From assembly GCA_973895155.1 (NCBI GenBank), contig OZ316897.1, forward strand, positions 1,576,515-1,640,514: DNA of 64,000 nucleotides, read 5' to 3'. This document shows, one piece after another, positions 36,031-47,706 of this stretch. This stretch comes from Marsupella aquatica. Lineage: Eukaryota; Plantae; Marchantiophyta. A program made the translations under genes and the position numbers. The notes under the pieces were generated by a model. It did not search any database, was not told where the DNA came from, and worked only from the letters and a program-made list of their open reading frames with translations. The number at the start of each line of letters is the position of its first letter. Position 1 is the stretch's first letter.

Positions 36031-37312
36031 GAAGGATTTTCTTGATACCTTTGCAATAATTCCTTGCAAAGGGTAGAACATAGATGGTGCAACTGGCCCC
36101 ATCCTCCACGTCCACACGACAAAGAGGACCTCAGGTTGGAATACTAAGACCACAGATTTTGTACATCCACCAGAAATAGTTGTCATTAGCATGGATATCC
36201 CCATTGTCTTCCCAGGTCTATGACTGTCATCAACTTCGTGAGATTGTAGATGTCTCACAGACCTGATTCGGCACTGAATGACGCTCTGAAACTATCCCGT
36301 GACAAACATTCACAGTAAACTTGCCAAACACTGTCCAATTGTCCGTGAAGATGATGAGAAAGACTGTACAATGGACCGAAGCATGACACCTTCCTCAACT
36401 TCTGCATAAGTCGCTTCCACACTCAATCCTCCTTGATGTGCACATGAGGATGAGTCAAGACGTACAGACGTTGAGTAGAGGGTAGGAGCTAAGCCTCAGT
36501 TCAGATCCGTTTGACAAAAATGGCCAAGCGGGGAAGCAATGAGCCGAGAGATACTTGAATCGCAAGGAGGTACCAGCGATTAGATTTGCGCAATGACAGT
36601 GAGTTTTTTAATGGCAACTAGCATTCACTCCCCATCGCTAAAAATGTAGGCTGTATTCACCACACGCATGAAAAGTCCCATGACTGGTTTCGAGCAAATG
36701 CCCCAGGTATTTCCTTTCTTTGGATCATGTAAAACAATTTCTCAAAAAAGAAAGTACCATTGAACTGGAGATGGTGATTATGCTTCTAACTCATGGCCCA
36801 AAGCAATCTGCCAGGTTAAGAGAGGAGGCCTCTCTACATTCCTTCTTTCCTTGTCTATACTAAATAGCACTAAAAACTCCCAAATCAAGTTGAACTTAAA
36901 TGTAACTACCCCCATACCTTAGTTGTGCGGTGAATGTCATTAGTGTGGCAGGTCCCTTGAAGTTCTTGCCAAAGCACTACTCGTACAATCTAAACTAAAG
37001 CCTCTTTACATATTACACTCTTCTACTAAGATGATAAACCTTATCTCTCACAAGAAAAATCTCCTGCGGCTTGTGTCCATGTCCGCCTGCAGTGCATAGC
37101 AAAATTGTTACAAACATATTAAATTTCAAATATATATGTTGTAAACTAAAGATTCCAAATGGCTGACAGAGGACTCTCAAGACGAGGGACTCTTGGAAAA
37201 TAAAAAATTGTAATACGTCCTAAATAACTACGACAAAGATCATTTCCAATATGGGTGCCCTGCTGAAGCACACCGCAGCGATACTAATAGCGAGGAACAA
37301 CAAAAATTAGAA

Positions 37313-37991
37313 TGTGAGCCCCCGCCACCTGGGGGTCGAATCCCGGTGTTTCCGTTGAACATGCTTCAATAAAAGCGCGCTTGGAAAGGGACGACAGATT
37401 GATGTATGCAACAGGGAAGAAGGACAGCACCATATCCTGTGGCACCAGGTACCTTCAGGTGCGGTACACTCGGCAATGTTGCTAAGTAAAACGAAAAAAA
37501 AGTCTTGAAAACTGAAACCTTCGCGAGCTTATCTTCCTTCCATGAAAAGAGGAAACGCTGCTTGGGTACGAGCGCTCACTGATGGTGTAACTACCGTTGG
37601 GTCCCTACCACCAGGGACTTAAATCCAGGTATTCCAAGTTCACATTCAGGCTTAAAACGGGAAAGCAGGTTGATGTGGGCAACAACTACAAAATCAGATC
37701 CTTGGGACATGGTGCTTCAGGTTCTAAACGCTCGACCTACATAAGACTAGTAAGATGTAGCAGACGTTCTTTCCTTCCGCGAGATGCTGATGAGCATGAG
37801 AAGAAATTGACAGGATAACATATGTGAGTCCCTACCACCTGGGGGTCGAATCCCGGTGTTTCCATTCACAGGCTTTAGCAAAAGCGGGGTTGGAAAGGGA
37901 TAACAGCTTGATGTCTGCAACAGGGAAGGAGGAGAGCACCATATCCTTGGCACGTTGTGCTTCAGGTGCGGTACACTCGGCAATGTTGCTA
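37313..37991 (+). repeat. ~170-bp direct repeat pair (37313-37484 and 37823-37991) with a degenerate zinc knuckle
   Basis: Clear nucleotide similarity; the second copy encodes CFRCGTLGNVATQC. Confidence 0.75.
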
Positions 37992-38427
37992 CACAATGTC
38001 CTAATAAAACTGAAAGCTCGTCTTACCTTATGAAACTGAAAAACGATGTACTGATTTCAATTAGTGATAACCGAATACTTACTCCTACATCTACCACGTT
38101 GGCTCGCACAACTAGCAACCCACCAGAGAGCAAACCCATGGAACGAGGACCATGGGTGAGAGAGAAAGTATGACATCAGAAAGAGATGGACCTTGTGAAG
38201 CCATTCGTATTTCCCCATACTTTGTATCAAATGTCCCATGCTGCAAGCGTTGCATCTTTAGGGTAAATCGTGGACCACACTCCTGCCAAGGCGAGACGAG
38301 ATAAAATGTCAGGCACAACCTGCAATCTAAAGCGTACTTACAAGGTCCAAGTCCAACTAAGAAGAACAGTTCCACACCACGGTAACTTACCCTCACCCAA
38401 GGAGAGATCGGTACTCCTACAGCTAAT

Positions 38428-39525
38428 CTAGATTGCTGCTCGTTTCTGTGGTCGTAGTTCTTCTGAGCTCCTGGTGCTGTCCTGATCTCCCGTGCGCTTG
38501 ATAGGTGATGTTGTAGGAGACGAGAGAAAACACTGTCGAATTATGTAATGTAGGAATCTATATATTTGAAGTACTTCCTCCTCATTGTACGACCAAATAT
38601 CGAGCACGTACTGTTTACTGACTCGAAGTTGCCCATTGTTGTTAATGAAAAGGAATTTCCAGAGATGTGCATTCGACAGAATACCCCAAACACTGCAATT
38701 CTGTTTGCCTGCATTTCTCCTCTCCTTGTGGAGACATGCTAGTTCAGCGTAGCATTGCCAGATTGTCGACTTGTGATCCCAGGCATGCTTGGCTTCTACC
38801 GCCACGAGATGAGAATCATCTGGTTGTGAGAATTCCTGAATGCCCCTCCCTCCAGCATTTCCAATGACATAGTCGTTGACACCACTGAGCTTGCAGGCCT
38901 GGCCGTCCACCACACCGGGACTGGACTCCATCTTTACCTCACAGAAAATACGAAGTTTATTCTGGAACTCCTTCTGGCTAATAACGTCCTGCAAGAAGAC
39001 ATCTAGAATTGTGCGCAGGCTGGCCTCACAGTTCATAGACCACACTTTTGATTTCTGAATCAAGAAAGACATGAAGCAATCGGAAAGTTTGATAGTTTTG
39101 TCAAAATCGTTAACGATCCACTCCTCCTCAATAGATCTGACACCTGTGATACAGGCTATTTGATTTGGATTAGCCTCAGTAAATCTTATAACACGTGCTG
39201 GGCGCATGGTTTGGAGTAACACAACCTTTTCCTTCAACATCTGATGCTGGCTTTTATGGAACTGGATCTGCTCTTCGACCCGCAAGTACTGCCTTCGGAG
39301 ATTTAGGACGATCTCATCTTCAATGCGTTCGAACTGAGATTTCTCTTCGTGTGTAGAGGTCTCGAGTATTAGCTGTAACTTCCTCTCGCCGGATGTGTTG
39401 ATTTTTGTTTCGATCTCTTTGATTTGGCCGAAAAGGGGGTCGATGAGTTCGTCAATGCGACTCATTTCTTCATACGCGACCACCATTTTACCTAGCACAT
39501 CCTCAGACTTAGCAGAGCCCTCCAT
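38428..39525 (-). CDS. Intronless coiled-coil + PD-(D/E)xK restriction-endonuclease-fold (Crinkler/CR-REase-like) protein
   Basis: Intact 365-aa ORF; E(CEVK)..LSGVNDYVIG..LVAVEAK..WQCYAEL..VWGILSNAHLWKFL pattern; C-terminal RPQKR may be an NLS. Confidence 0.7.
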   Translation of the reverse strand: MEGSAKSEDVLGKMVVAYEEMSRIDELIDPLFGQIKEIETKINTSGERKLQLILETSTHEEKSQFERIEDEIVLNLRRQYLRVEEQIQFHKSQHQMLKEKVVLLQTMRPARVIRFTEANPNQIACITGVRSIEEEWIVNDFDKTIKLSDCFMSFLIQKSKVWSMNCEASLRTILDVFLQDVISQKEFQNKLRIFCEVKMESSPGVVDGQACKLSGVNDYVIGNAGGRGIQEFSQPDDSHLVAVEAKHAWDHKSTIWQCYAELACLHKERRNAGKQNCSVWGILSNAHLWKFLFINNNGQLRVSKQYVLDIWSYNEEEVLQIYRFLHYIIRQCFLSSPTTSPIKRTGDQDSTRSSEELRPQKRAAI

Positions 39526-40493
39526 TTTACTCGGTTCACGACGCCCAGTCCTTACAGTGTCGAGACTGAGTTAACCAGCAAACAAGACAGCGGGACCGAA
39601 ACCGAAGTCGACCTTCTCAAACAAACAAGTCGCTCCCGAAGCCGCTCCTCGCTTCGGATTGGCACCTTCAAACCGCTGACGGCTGAAGCACGAAAGGGAA
39701 CACTCTTCCTGTATAGCAATGAAAGACGCACCCTAATTAAGTCCGCCCGTTGCCCACAGCTCTCCTTGGCGAGTGGAGAACCAACACGATGTGGCATGTG
39801 GTTACTTTGGAGTCCCGGTAATTGCACATCAAAAGTGTGCACTCTACTGTATTGGCACAGTCCCACATGCTGGGACGCTACGCCCAGTTGTTTGGGAAGT
39901 ATTTCTTGCATCTAACTTCTTTCCGCCCGAATTGCTTGTAAAGATCTTTCTGTTCAGGGCAACCTTGGGCACCCGGCTGACCTGCCCTGCCCATCTGCCC
40001 ATACCTGCCATTATGCTGCCCAGCACCGCGGCTGCCCGTACGTTGCTGCCCAATCTTCCTCTGCCCGAACCTTGCCTGCCCGCGTACCTTTCAAAAAAAA
40101 TTCAGCCCGCCTGCCCACGTTTTGAAGGGCAGGTACTCACATGCTTCGGACATGGATGGAATTCGAGTCAGGCACAGACGGAAAGACCGGGCAGCCCTGT
40201 GATACCTTCGGAACTGACTAGAACGTTGCCGCACACAATTCTCGTACCTCAAAGATAATCATATTTCCGTTGACACTTGTCACGGTATGAAACAAAGACG
40301 GGTAGCAAAAGCACAAGGTAATTGTACCGGCTTGTCAAAGCATGACATCCGCGACCCTTGAACGTCTTTCTCCTCTTGTCTTTGTGCCCACCTCTCAGTC
40401 CTATGTGTTTAGGGTTTAATGTCCCGCAATTTTGTAAGCCCTCATCTCTGAAGAACCACATTCCATACCATTGCGAGGTTGTTGGGGGTCACT

Positions 40494-41585
40494 ATGGAAG
40501 CCGCAGAGCCCGTTTCAATTGCGTCCAATTGTCTTGAAGCAATTGAAGGGACTCATTTTAGAAAGGTCCTGAATGCTAAGCACCTGAATAGACTGGACTG
40601 GGATTGTGTCATTCCCGGGTGCCCTAGCGCGAAAACTTGGGCGAGGAAAGATCGAATCAACGAGCATTGGCGCCGGTGCCACAATGGGGTCGTTCAAATT
40701 ACACAGCTTGGCAAGGGAGGGCGGAAGCCCGTAGACGGCAAGGAAGGGAGGAACGCCTCAAATGAAGAGATGCTTAAACTCATGTGAACCAGGCACGGCT
40801 TCTTTCCCTGGAGGTGGCAGCAAGCCAAGAGCTTGAAGCTTCAACAAGAGAAGAACTACATGGTCAAGCAATTTCTCACCCGCCACTTGGGGTACCTTCA
40901 GCAGGGTCCTCCACCCCGCCCTGGCCCACTTCCTGCATTGTTGCTTGCGTTTGATGTTGTTGACCCTCCATATTTGGATACATGGGATCACCTTAAACAC
41001 CACGTTTATAGGGTGTGGTTACTGGCACATTTGAAATTTGTGTTGTACGATCGTGGAGAAGAAGCTAAATCCTTCCAGGACTATATGGGATCGAGGCTCT
41101 CTACATTGCATGACAGGCGGGCCGCACCGAAGGGGGTGAAGAAAGTCGAGTTGGACTCCAAGCTTCATGCATTACAAAGTGTGGTGTCAGCTTGTCATGA
41201 CCGAGGTGAACAATTGACTGAGCTACTCCGCGAAGCTCGGGCTTACATGGACGAAGCTGGTGCACGGTACTGGTATGATGCCTTCCATTCCGGTCCAGAG
41301 TGCGAGATAGAGGAAGCTGCCACCATGAATTATCTTGACTGGCGATTCAGCTCCTTAGGAAAGGAAAGAAAAATGAGCGTTGCCAAAACTGGAATTGCTC
41401 ATCGTAGGAGGCGTCTTCTTGAATTAGGCATGGACGAGGACGAACGCATAGCAAAAATTCAGGTACCCGCTCAGTCTCCACAACCTCCGTTGTTTGAGAA
41501 TTACACTTTACAACACGACCATTGCCAACGTAATGGACACAGCCTTGTGGTTCTGCACTTATATTGGGTGCTTGCTATAGGGTAG
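40494..41585 (+). pseudogene. C2H2 zinc-finger-like protein with one in-frame TGA
   Basis: CVIPGC-x14-HWRRCH; ORFs 40479-40787 and 40833-41585 are in the same frame. Confidence 0.5.
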
Positions 41586-42802
41586 GTTTACCGATGCCGA
41601 ACAAGATCTCTCCGACGACGATGAGAAATTTAGAGCCCGTGTGAGCAAGTTTGAATTGCACCTGGAAGTCACCAAATTTGTTTTGGACAACCCAAAATTG
41701 AAACCAGCGCCTTTGGGGGTCTGGGCAGCTACATTCCAAGTTGCCAACGGAGATTCCCGGGTTGATAAGCTTGTGGTTAGTGCTAGTGAGAACCGCGGTT
41801 CCATGCAATGGGAGCATAGGGCTCAGGCTTTTTTGAAAAGCTTATTGCAAGCCACCGATGCTGTTCCTTTGCGCCAAAGTAAAACCAAGCGAACCGGGGC
41901 GTTGGTTGGGCACAAATGAAAGAAGGCAACAGATGGGACTAGGCGTTCAACACGAACTAAGCCATAAGGGCGATGAAAAAAACTCCATACATGAATCATC
42001 TGCCTCATAAGCACTTTGGATCCAGACATATGTGAACTTGTGAGTCCATACTTACTACAATCGTAATGTTTCCAAATCTGAATTCTTACATAGCGCAATC
42101 AAAACCAAACCTGGATAATTCTGAGGCTTTGGAGCATTGCATCATTCTTACACGACCATGTGTCCAGATACTTTCAAATAGAACACAGAACCCGCATTCA
42201 TACGAAAAAGCATTCTCCATATTTCAAATCAATTAAATGGCGAATGATAAAGTCATATTCATTCCGTCAAATCCCTCTGTGCGCCCGTAAACAGTGTGCC
42301 TGTATTCGGGTTATGGTTGTCAAATGTTTGCCGTAATCGTGGTATGTGGCATTTATTCCAACAGTTTGCCTTATCGTATTGTTGGCTATTCGTATCATAC
42401 CGCGTTTGTAATCGTGGTATGGGGGATTCATCCATTTTGTGAACTCCATATGTTATGGGACGGCCACGGAGGGTAAAGGTCGATATCGCCGTTTGTATGA
42501 ATGTCTCCATAAAACAGTGCCAACAGCAAACTGGACGGAGTATACAAATGATGCAAAATTATATCACTGCAGACCTCGATATCTCTCACTTTGATCAGCG
42601 TTACATGTACAACCCTGTGCTTTGAGGGGAATCATGATCTACGCTTGCTTCACAGGGGATCGAAATAACGGTAAGCACAGACTTGCAATTTGGTTGTGTT
42701 TTCTGTGTCATGGGCCCTATGTATCGTATTATTGTGATAGGTGCATGAAGCAGCTCTGTGCCGGAGTAGGGAACAGTGACATTTCAGTTTTTGTAATGAG
42801 AT

Positions 42803-42842
42803 GAGAGGAGAGGAGAGGAGAGGAGAGGAGAGCAGAGGAGAG
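42803..42842. repeat. (GAGAG)n microsatellite
   Basis: Directly visible. Confidence 0.9.
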
Positions 42843-43616
42843 CTATCACTAACCTCTATCATTCTCCCCTTAACTGCTCTCTTCTCCTGCATCCGTTACG
42901 AGCACTACAGCAATGAACGAGTCGGCCAAGCTTGTCGACTCAGAGCTGCCATAGGAGAATGATATGGAGCCTGCCTGGGTCATATTTTTTCCGAAACAAA
43001 AACTAGGCTTTCTCTAAAAGCTTCTTCCCTGTGTACTGATTGACACAGGGTCGTCATCTCGCAGATTCCTACAAAACCATTAAATGGCCCTTCTCCCTCC
43101 ACTGCCATAGCCTTCTTGTCAATCTTGGTTTAGGAATATATGGCCTCCATGAATCTTGACCATGTTCCTCATGGATCCCTTTTACTCAAAACCACTTTCT
43201 ACCCGACAAGCGAGACCCAACGCTCTTGTTGAGTACCTCATCAAGACTAATGTCTGGTTCTTGGACATGACGCTGAAGCTTAGGGTTTAGGGCAAACTAA
43301 CCCATCCTTGTCCGATCCCCATAATCTAATTATTCACATTCACGATACATTTGACGTTCAGAATTTTGCGAAGCCGCAATAGCCTCTGCCGTCACATGTA
43401 ATATTAGCGTTTCATACCACGATGCAAATTTTCATGCCATCAAATCAATGACTGCTCACAGTGCATTTCCACATTCCGACGTTTGACCTACGGCAGGGGC
43501 ATGTTATGCATTACGCGTTGGTGATAATTTATCCAATCGTTCTCTCATCATAGTTCATGGCGATTGAACATACCATACCATGGAACATCCACATATCCTA
43601 GTATGAACGTACACTA

Positions 43617-44081
43617 CGCTACTTATCCTTCATTGAGGTCTACTGTAGTGTTCATGGTCGACAACATACATTTGATCTAATCAAACCGCGATAACTTGGA
43701 TACCAAAACTAAGTATCATTGTATGTCTACCACCCATCAGAGTCAAAGTCAGTATCATCATCATTCTGCGAGTCACTGGTTTGGCAAATGCCAAATTTAG
43801 AGAATTGAGTCACCACATTTCAACTGCGATTAAAAAATCAGGGCAACAACCCTGAAAAACAAAACTACACTGTAGTATCACAACACCAGTCGATAAAATC
43901 CGGCATCATGTCCCTCGCTGCGCTACTTATCCTTCATTGAGGTCTACTGTAGTCTTCATGGTTGACAACATACATTCGATCTAATCAAACCACGATAACG
44001 TGGATACTAAAACTAAGTATCATTGTATGTCTACCACCCATCAGAGTCAAAGTCAGTATCATCATCATTCTGCGAGTCACT
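43617..44081. repeat. ~160-bp direct repeat pair (43617-43777 and 43921-44081)
   Basis: Both copies run CGCTACTTATCCTTCATTGAGG...TGCGAGTCACT. Confidence 0.85.
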
Positions 44082-45084
44082 AGGATGGTCGACCTCATGA
44101 TGAGCTCTCGCCTCCTCCTTTGCTCTCTTCAAATAAAATTCCGAGCTCCTTGCGCGCTCCTTGCGAGGTTTCTTTACCGCCCGCTTACTGGGGGCCTTCT
44201 TGACCCGTAGGGCCCGGGCGGGACAAGGCATCGCTCCTTCCTGCTACTCCAAAGGTGGTTGTGGAGTTGCCCGTTCTCCTGAAGGTTGCCCCTTAGTGGC
44301 GACATTAGATTGAGGTGCAGAGGCCTTGTCATGGCCTGCCTTTGCACCGTCCTTGTGGTTTGGAGGAGCCATGGAAGTGGGAAGGAAGCTAAAATGGAGC
44401 AGTGAGCGAGCACAAAATCCCTTGCCTGCAATGTGCTTAGGTTTGAGCACTGTGATAAACATTCACAAAGGTAGGCCACTTCCTATCGACAATTATGTTG
44501 TGCAAAACCTCGTTCCTCTAGGTTTATATGCAATTGGATACAGGGTACAGATCTGCAGACCATCTTTGCATGTTTACGTTCTTGCATCGCGGAGCATTGC
44601 GGAAAGGTGTTAGTGCGCATCTATGTTAGTCAGTGCCAATCGTGTGTCGCTCCCAAACTGCTTAATATGTGAGATTGATAAATGTTGTCATGGTATGATA
44701 GTAGGACGGAGGTGTACGCCTTCACCCCTGCCGGTAATCACACATCAAAATGTGGCTGCATTCATTGATCGATAGAAAAAAAATGTGGGATATCACGGTA
44801 TGCACGAGGTGTCGTACATAGTATATGTCTTCATTTGATGTGCACACGTCCTCACCTGGGCCGGCAATTGTGTCCAATAATCATAACCATACCTTCACGC
44901 TAAATCACGATCACGAGGCACTGGTTCTTAGGGTTCCCTTCACATACCAATCGCCCACATTGGCCGACACCTACCAGAATTGATGCCGAGCACACTTCAA
45001 AAAGTACTAATGTGCGACCTGCACTCATGGATTCACGGGATTCACGTATGTTCTTCATAGTATGACACTACACCTTAAATCAAG

Positions 45085-45241
45085 TTAATCTTCCTCCCCT
45101 CATCTTTCTAGTACAACTCCTTGGGTCCACATACTCCCAAACAAGATTAGCTTATCTTTCTCCCTCATCTTTCCGTTACAACTCCCTGGCTCCACATACT
45201 CCCATAACAGATTAGCTTATCTTTCTCCCCTCATCTTTCTA
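45085..45241. repeat. ~64-bp tandem repeat (about 2.5 copies)
   Basis: CCCTCATCTTTC..TACAACTCC..TCCACATACTCCCA..AGATTAGCTTATCTTTCT repeated. Confidence 0.8.
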
Positions 45242-47334
45242 TTATAACTTGTAATTAGGTGATTATGAAGGGTTGAACTATAGAACTCCTGCTGGTAATC
45301 ACACATCAAAAGGCACATTGTATTCATTGATTCAAATAAAAATAACTAGGGTTATCACGGTATGCAGGGATGTCGTACAACTTACATGGCATATTTGAGA
45401 AACTCTAAAACCCTATAGAGCCCCCTATAAATTGTAAACTTAATAGTTTTGTAAGCTACTCTTAAATGGTAATAAGGTGTTTTCCAATAAGTTTCAAAGA
45501 CGGCGTGGAAGAAACATGTTGAAGGCTTGGACGGTCCGCTGTAAGCATGACCTCCCGCCCCTAACCCTAAACCCTATATCCGCAACCCTAGTTAGCCCCC
45601 TCTCCCCAAAAAGCGACCTCAAGGACGGTAACCAAGTGACATCCCTGACGACCCTGAAGTAAGGCCGTCCAGGACGGCTCTATCCTCAACCCCACCGGCC
45701 GGCGACCTACGATGATGTTTTCCCCTATGGACGTCCATATCCTTCAGGTGACGTCTTGGACGGCCCCGCGTAAAGCCGTTGGGGACGTCCATCTTACAAA
45801 AACTAACACCGAGGGACGGGCTCGATGACTTGGTATTTTCTTTCTTGAAGGATGTCCATGGTGGCCGGTAGGGAAGGCGCCAGCTCCACACTCAATGCGC
45901 ACTCAGTAGGCCACCTTTTGGACTCAATTTTCTTTCTCTATATCCGCAGCTGCTTAGGGATGGTGCACCTGAAAACTGAACAAAGTTTGTTAAGTGGTTA
46001 AGGCATACTGAATCGGTGAAGTTCAGAGATTTCTTGAAGTTCAGGAAGCTATGGATTTCCGAACTTCGCCCGATTAGTATTCTCTCACCTGTTCATCTTC
46101 TCAGTTTCTTTCTTCTCCAGTAGCATCGTGGCTACACCAGGACCTTGTCATTGGCAACCTGAAATCCCAATGTTTAGCCATTCAGGATAATTGCATAGTC
46201 TTCTCTGATTTTCAGATTCTATGGCTGCCCGAGTTCTACCAGTTAGTAAGAGCATCAGGGTGAATCTACCTTCTGACCCTGATGGTTATTTTCAGCTCTT
46301 AGGCAACCTAGTTGAGATGGGATTGAGTCACTTGCTTTTTCTCCCATAAGACATGGTGCATGGATCCCTCATTGCAGATTTTCTTCGGGTACCGAGCCCT
46401 GGTACTTTTAGAAGTTCCACTAGAGGTTCGACCAATGTTTGCACTCCTGCTGTAGTTGCCGAGGTGTATCAGTTGAGTTAGGAGGGAGAGAGATTGTATT
46501 CCGTCGGGGAGGACTTGACTGCTCGCTACTTTTGAGGTGTCAGAGATCAGAGGACTGGTTGGAGGATTGATCAGTGCAGGAACCGGGAGCTAGCTCATTT
46601 GCTCCGATTCCTTGTACCCATTTTTCATCCTACCAAGCCCATTAGGGTTATGGTTTACTTAGCCAGTTCCATCATTGCTTCATGGACCGGCAAGAGGAAG
46701 ATCAACTGGGCCCTAGTTCTTTCAAAGGTCATCGCCAAGCAGGTTGCGGTTGTCACTACTACTAGCCAAACTTATTTGACACCTTACTTGGTGCATGTCT
46801 ACTAGACGAGACATTGTTTGTTACCAGTGGAGCTGAGCAATTGGAGGAGGAGAGTGAGACACTCTGAGCTTCCACAGCCAGAGTGTGTGAGAGAGCTGAC
46901 TCCACCACCTACGACATCACCGACACCCCCAGTGCAGCAGGCGACACCACCAGAGGTACCAGGGACGACTTCTTCCACTTTTGTGACTTCCACCTCTTCC
47001 ACTTCATGGACTGATTTTATTGGTGATGCTGAGAGACTAGCTAGTGTGGCTGGTTTCAACCAGCATTTGGTTGTCAAGGCTACACGACTTTTGACTTGTA
47101 CCCCATCCCAGTTACTTGATTGTATTCGGAGTTTGATTGCGAATCCTCGTTCTACTCCACTTCTCCTTGCCTCACCCTTAGTACCTTCCCCCCAGCCTGA
47201 TATCCCTATGGATGTTGAGTGTGATGCCTAGCCAGGAATCACTTGGCCAGTTAAGTGGGTAAAGCAGGAATGCACCCTGGAAACACCTTAGGATAGAGAC
47301 AAAACAAGGAAAATATAAACAATTAGGGGCGACT

Positions 47335-47706
47335 ATGGAACTCGGGCCGAGGCCGGAGGTAAGAACGCTGGGGGTGAAAACTCGATTAGGGTTAGGGCGC
47401 GCTAAGCGTCGGCGGCTAGGAAGGATCAACGGGAGGAAGGACCGGAAGAGGAGAGGGGTAAGGAGCGCTTGCAGGAGACGGTGGCTCATTTGCGAGCACG
47501 AACTAGGCAGACGACTACGGGAGGCCAACTACTGTCAGCTGCTTAGGCAAGCACTCGGGGAGGGAGTAGATACCAATGATCGACCTAAGGAGGGTATGAG
47601 CAACGTCAATCAAGCGGCACATTTCTGGGGATGCCTGTTCGAACGGGCAACTGAGTACATCAAGACTTACAAGGACGAAGAATCAGAAAGGGCAGCTAGA
47701 GAATGA
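47335..47706 (+). CDS. Small Arg-rich ORF upstream of the element-D large ORF
   Basis: ATG about 20 bp after the TATA-like box; its stop overlaps the next ATG (ATGA, 47703-47706). Confidence 0.35.
   Translation: MELGPRPEVRTLGVKTRLGLGRAKRRRLGRINGRKDRKRRGVRSACRRRWLICEHELGRRLREANYCQLLRQALGEGVDTNDRPKEGMSNVNQAAHFWGCLFERATEYIKTYKDEESERAARE

Noticed and set aside
37333-37344. tRNA T-loop-like GGGTCGAATCCC (also at ~37843)
   Set aside because: No A-box or cloverleaf is discernible; it lies within a longer duplicated segment.
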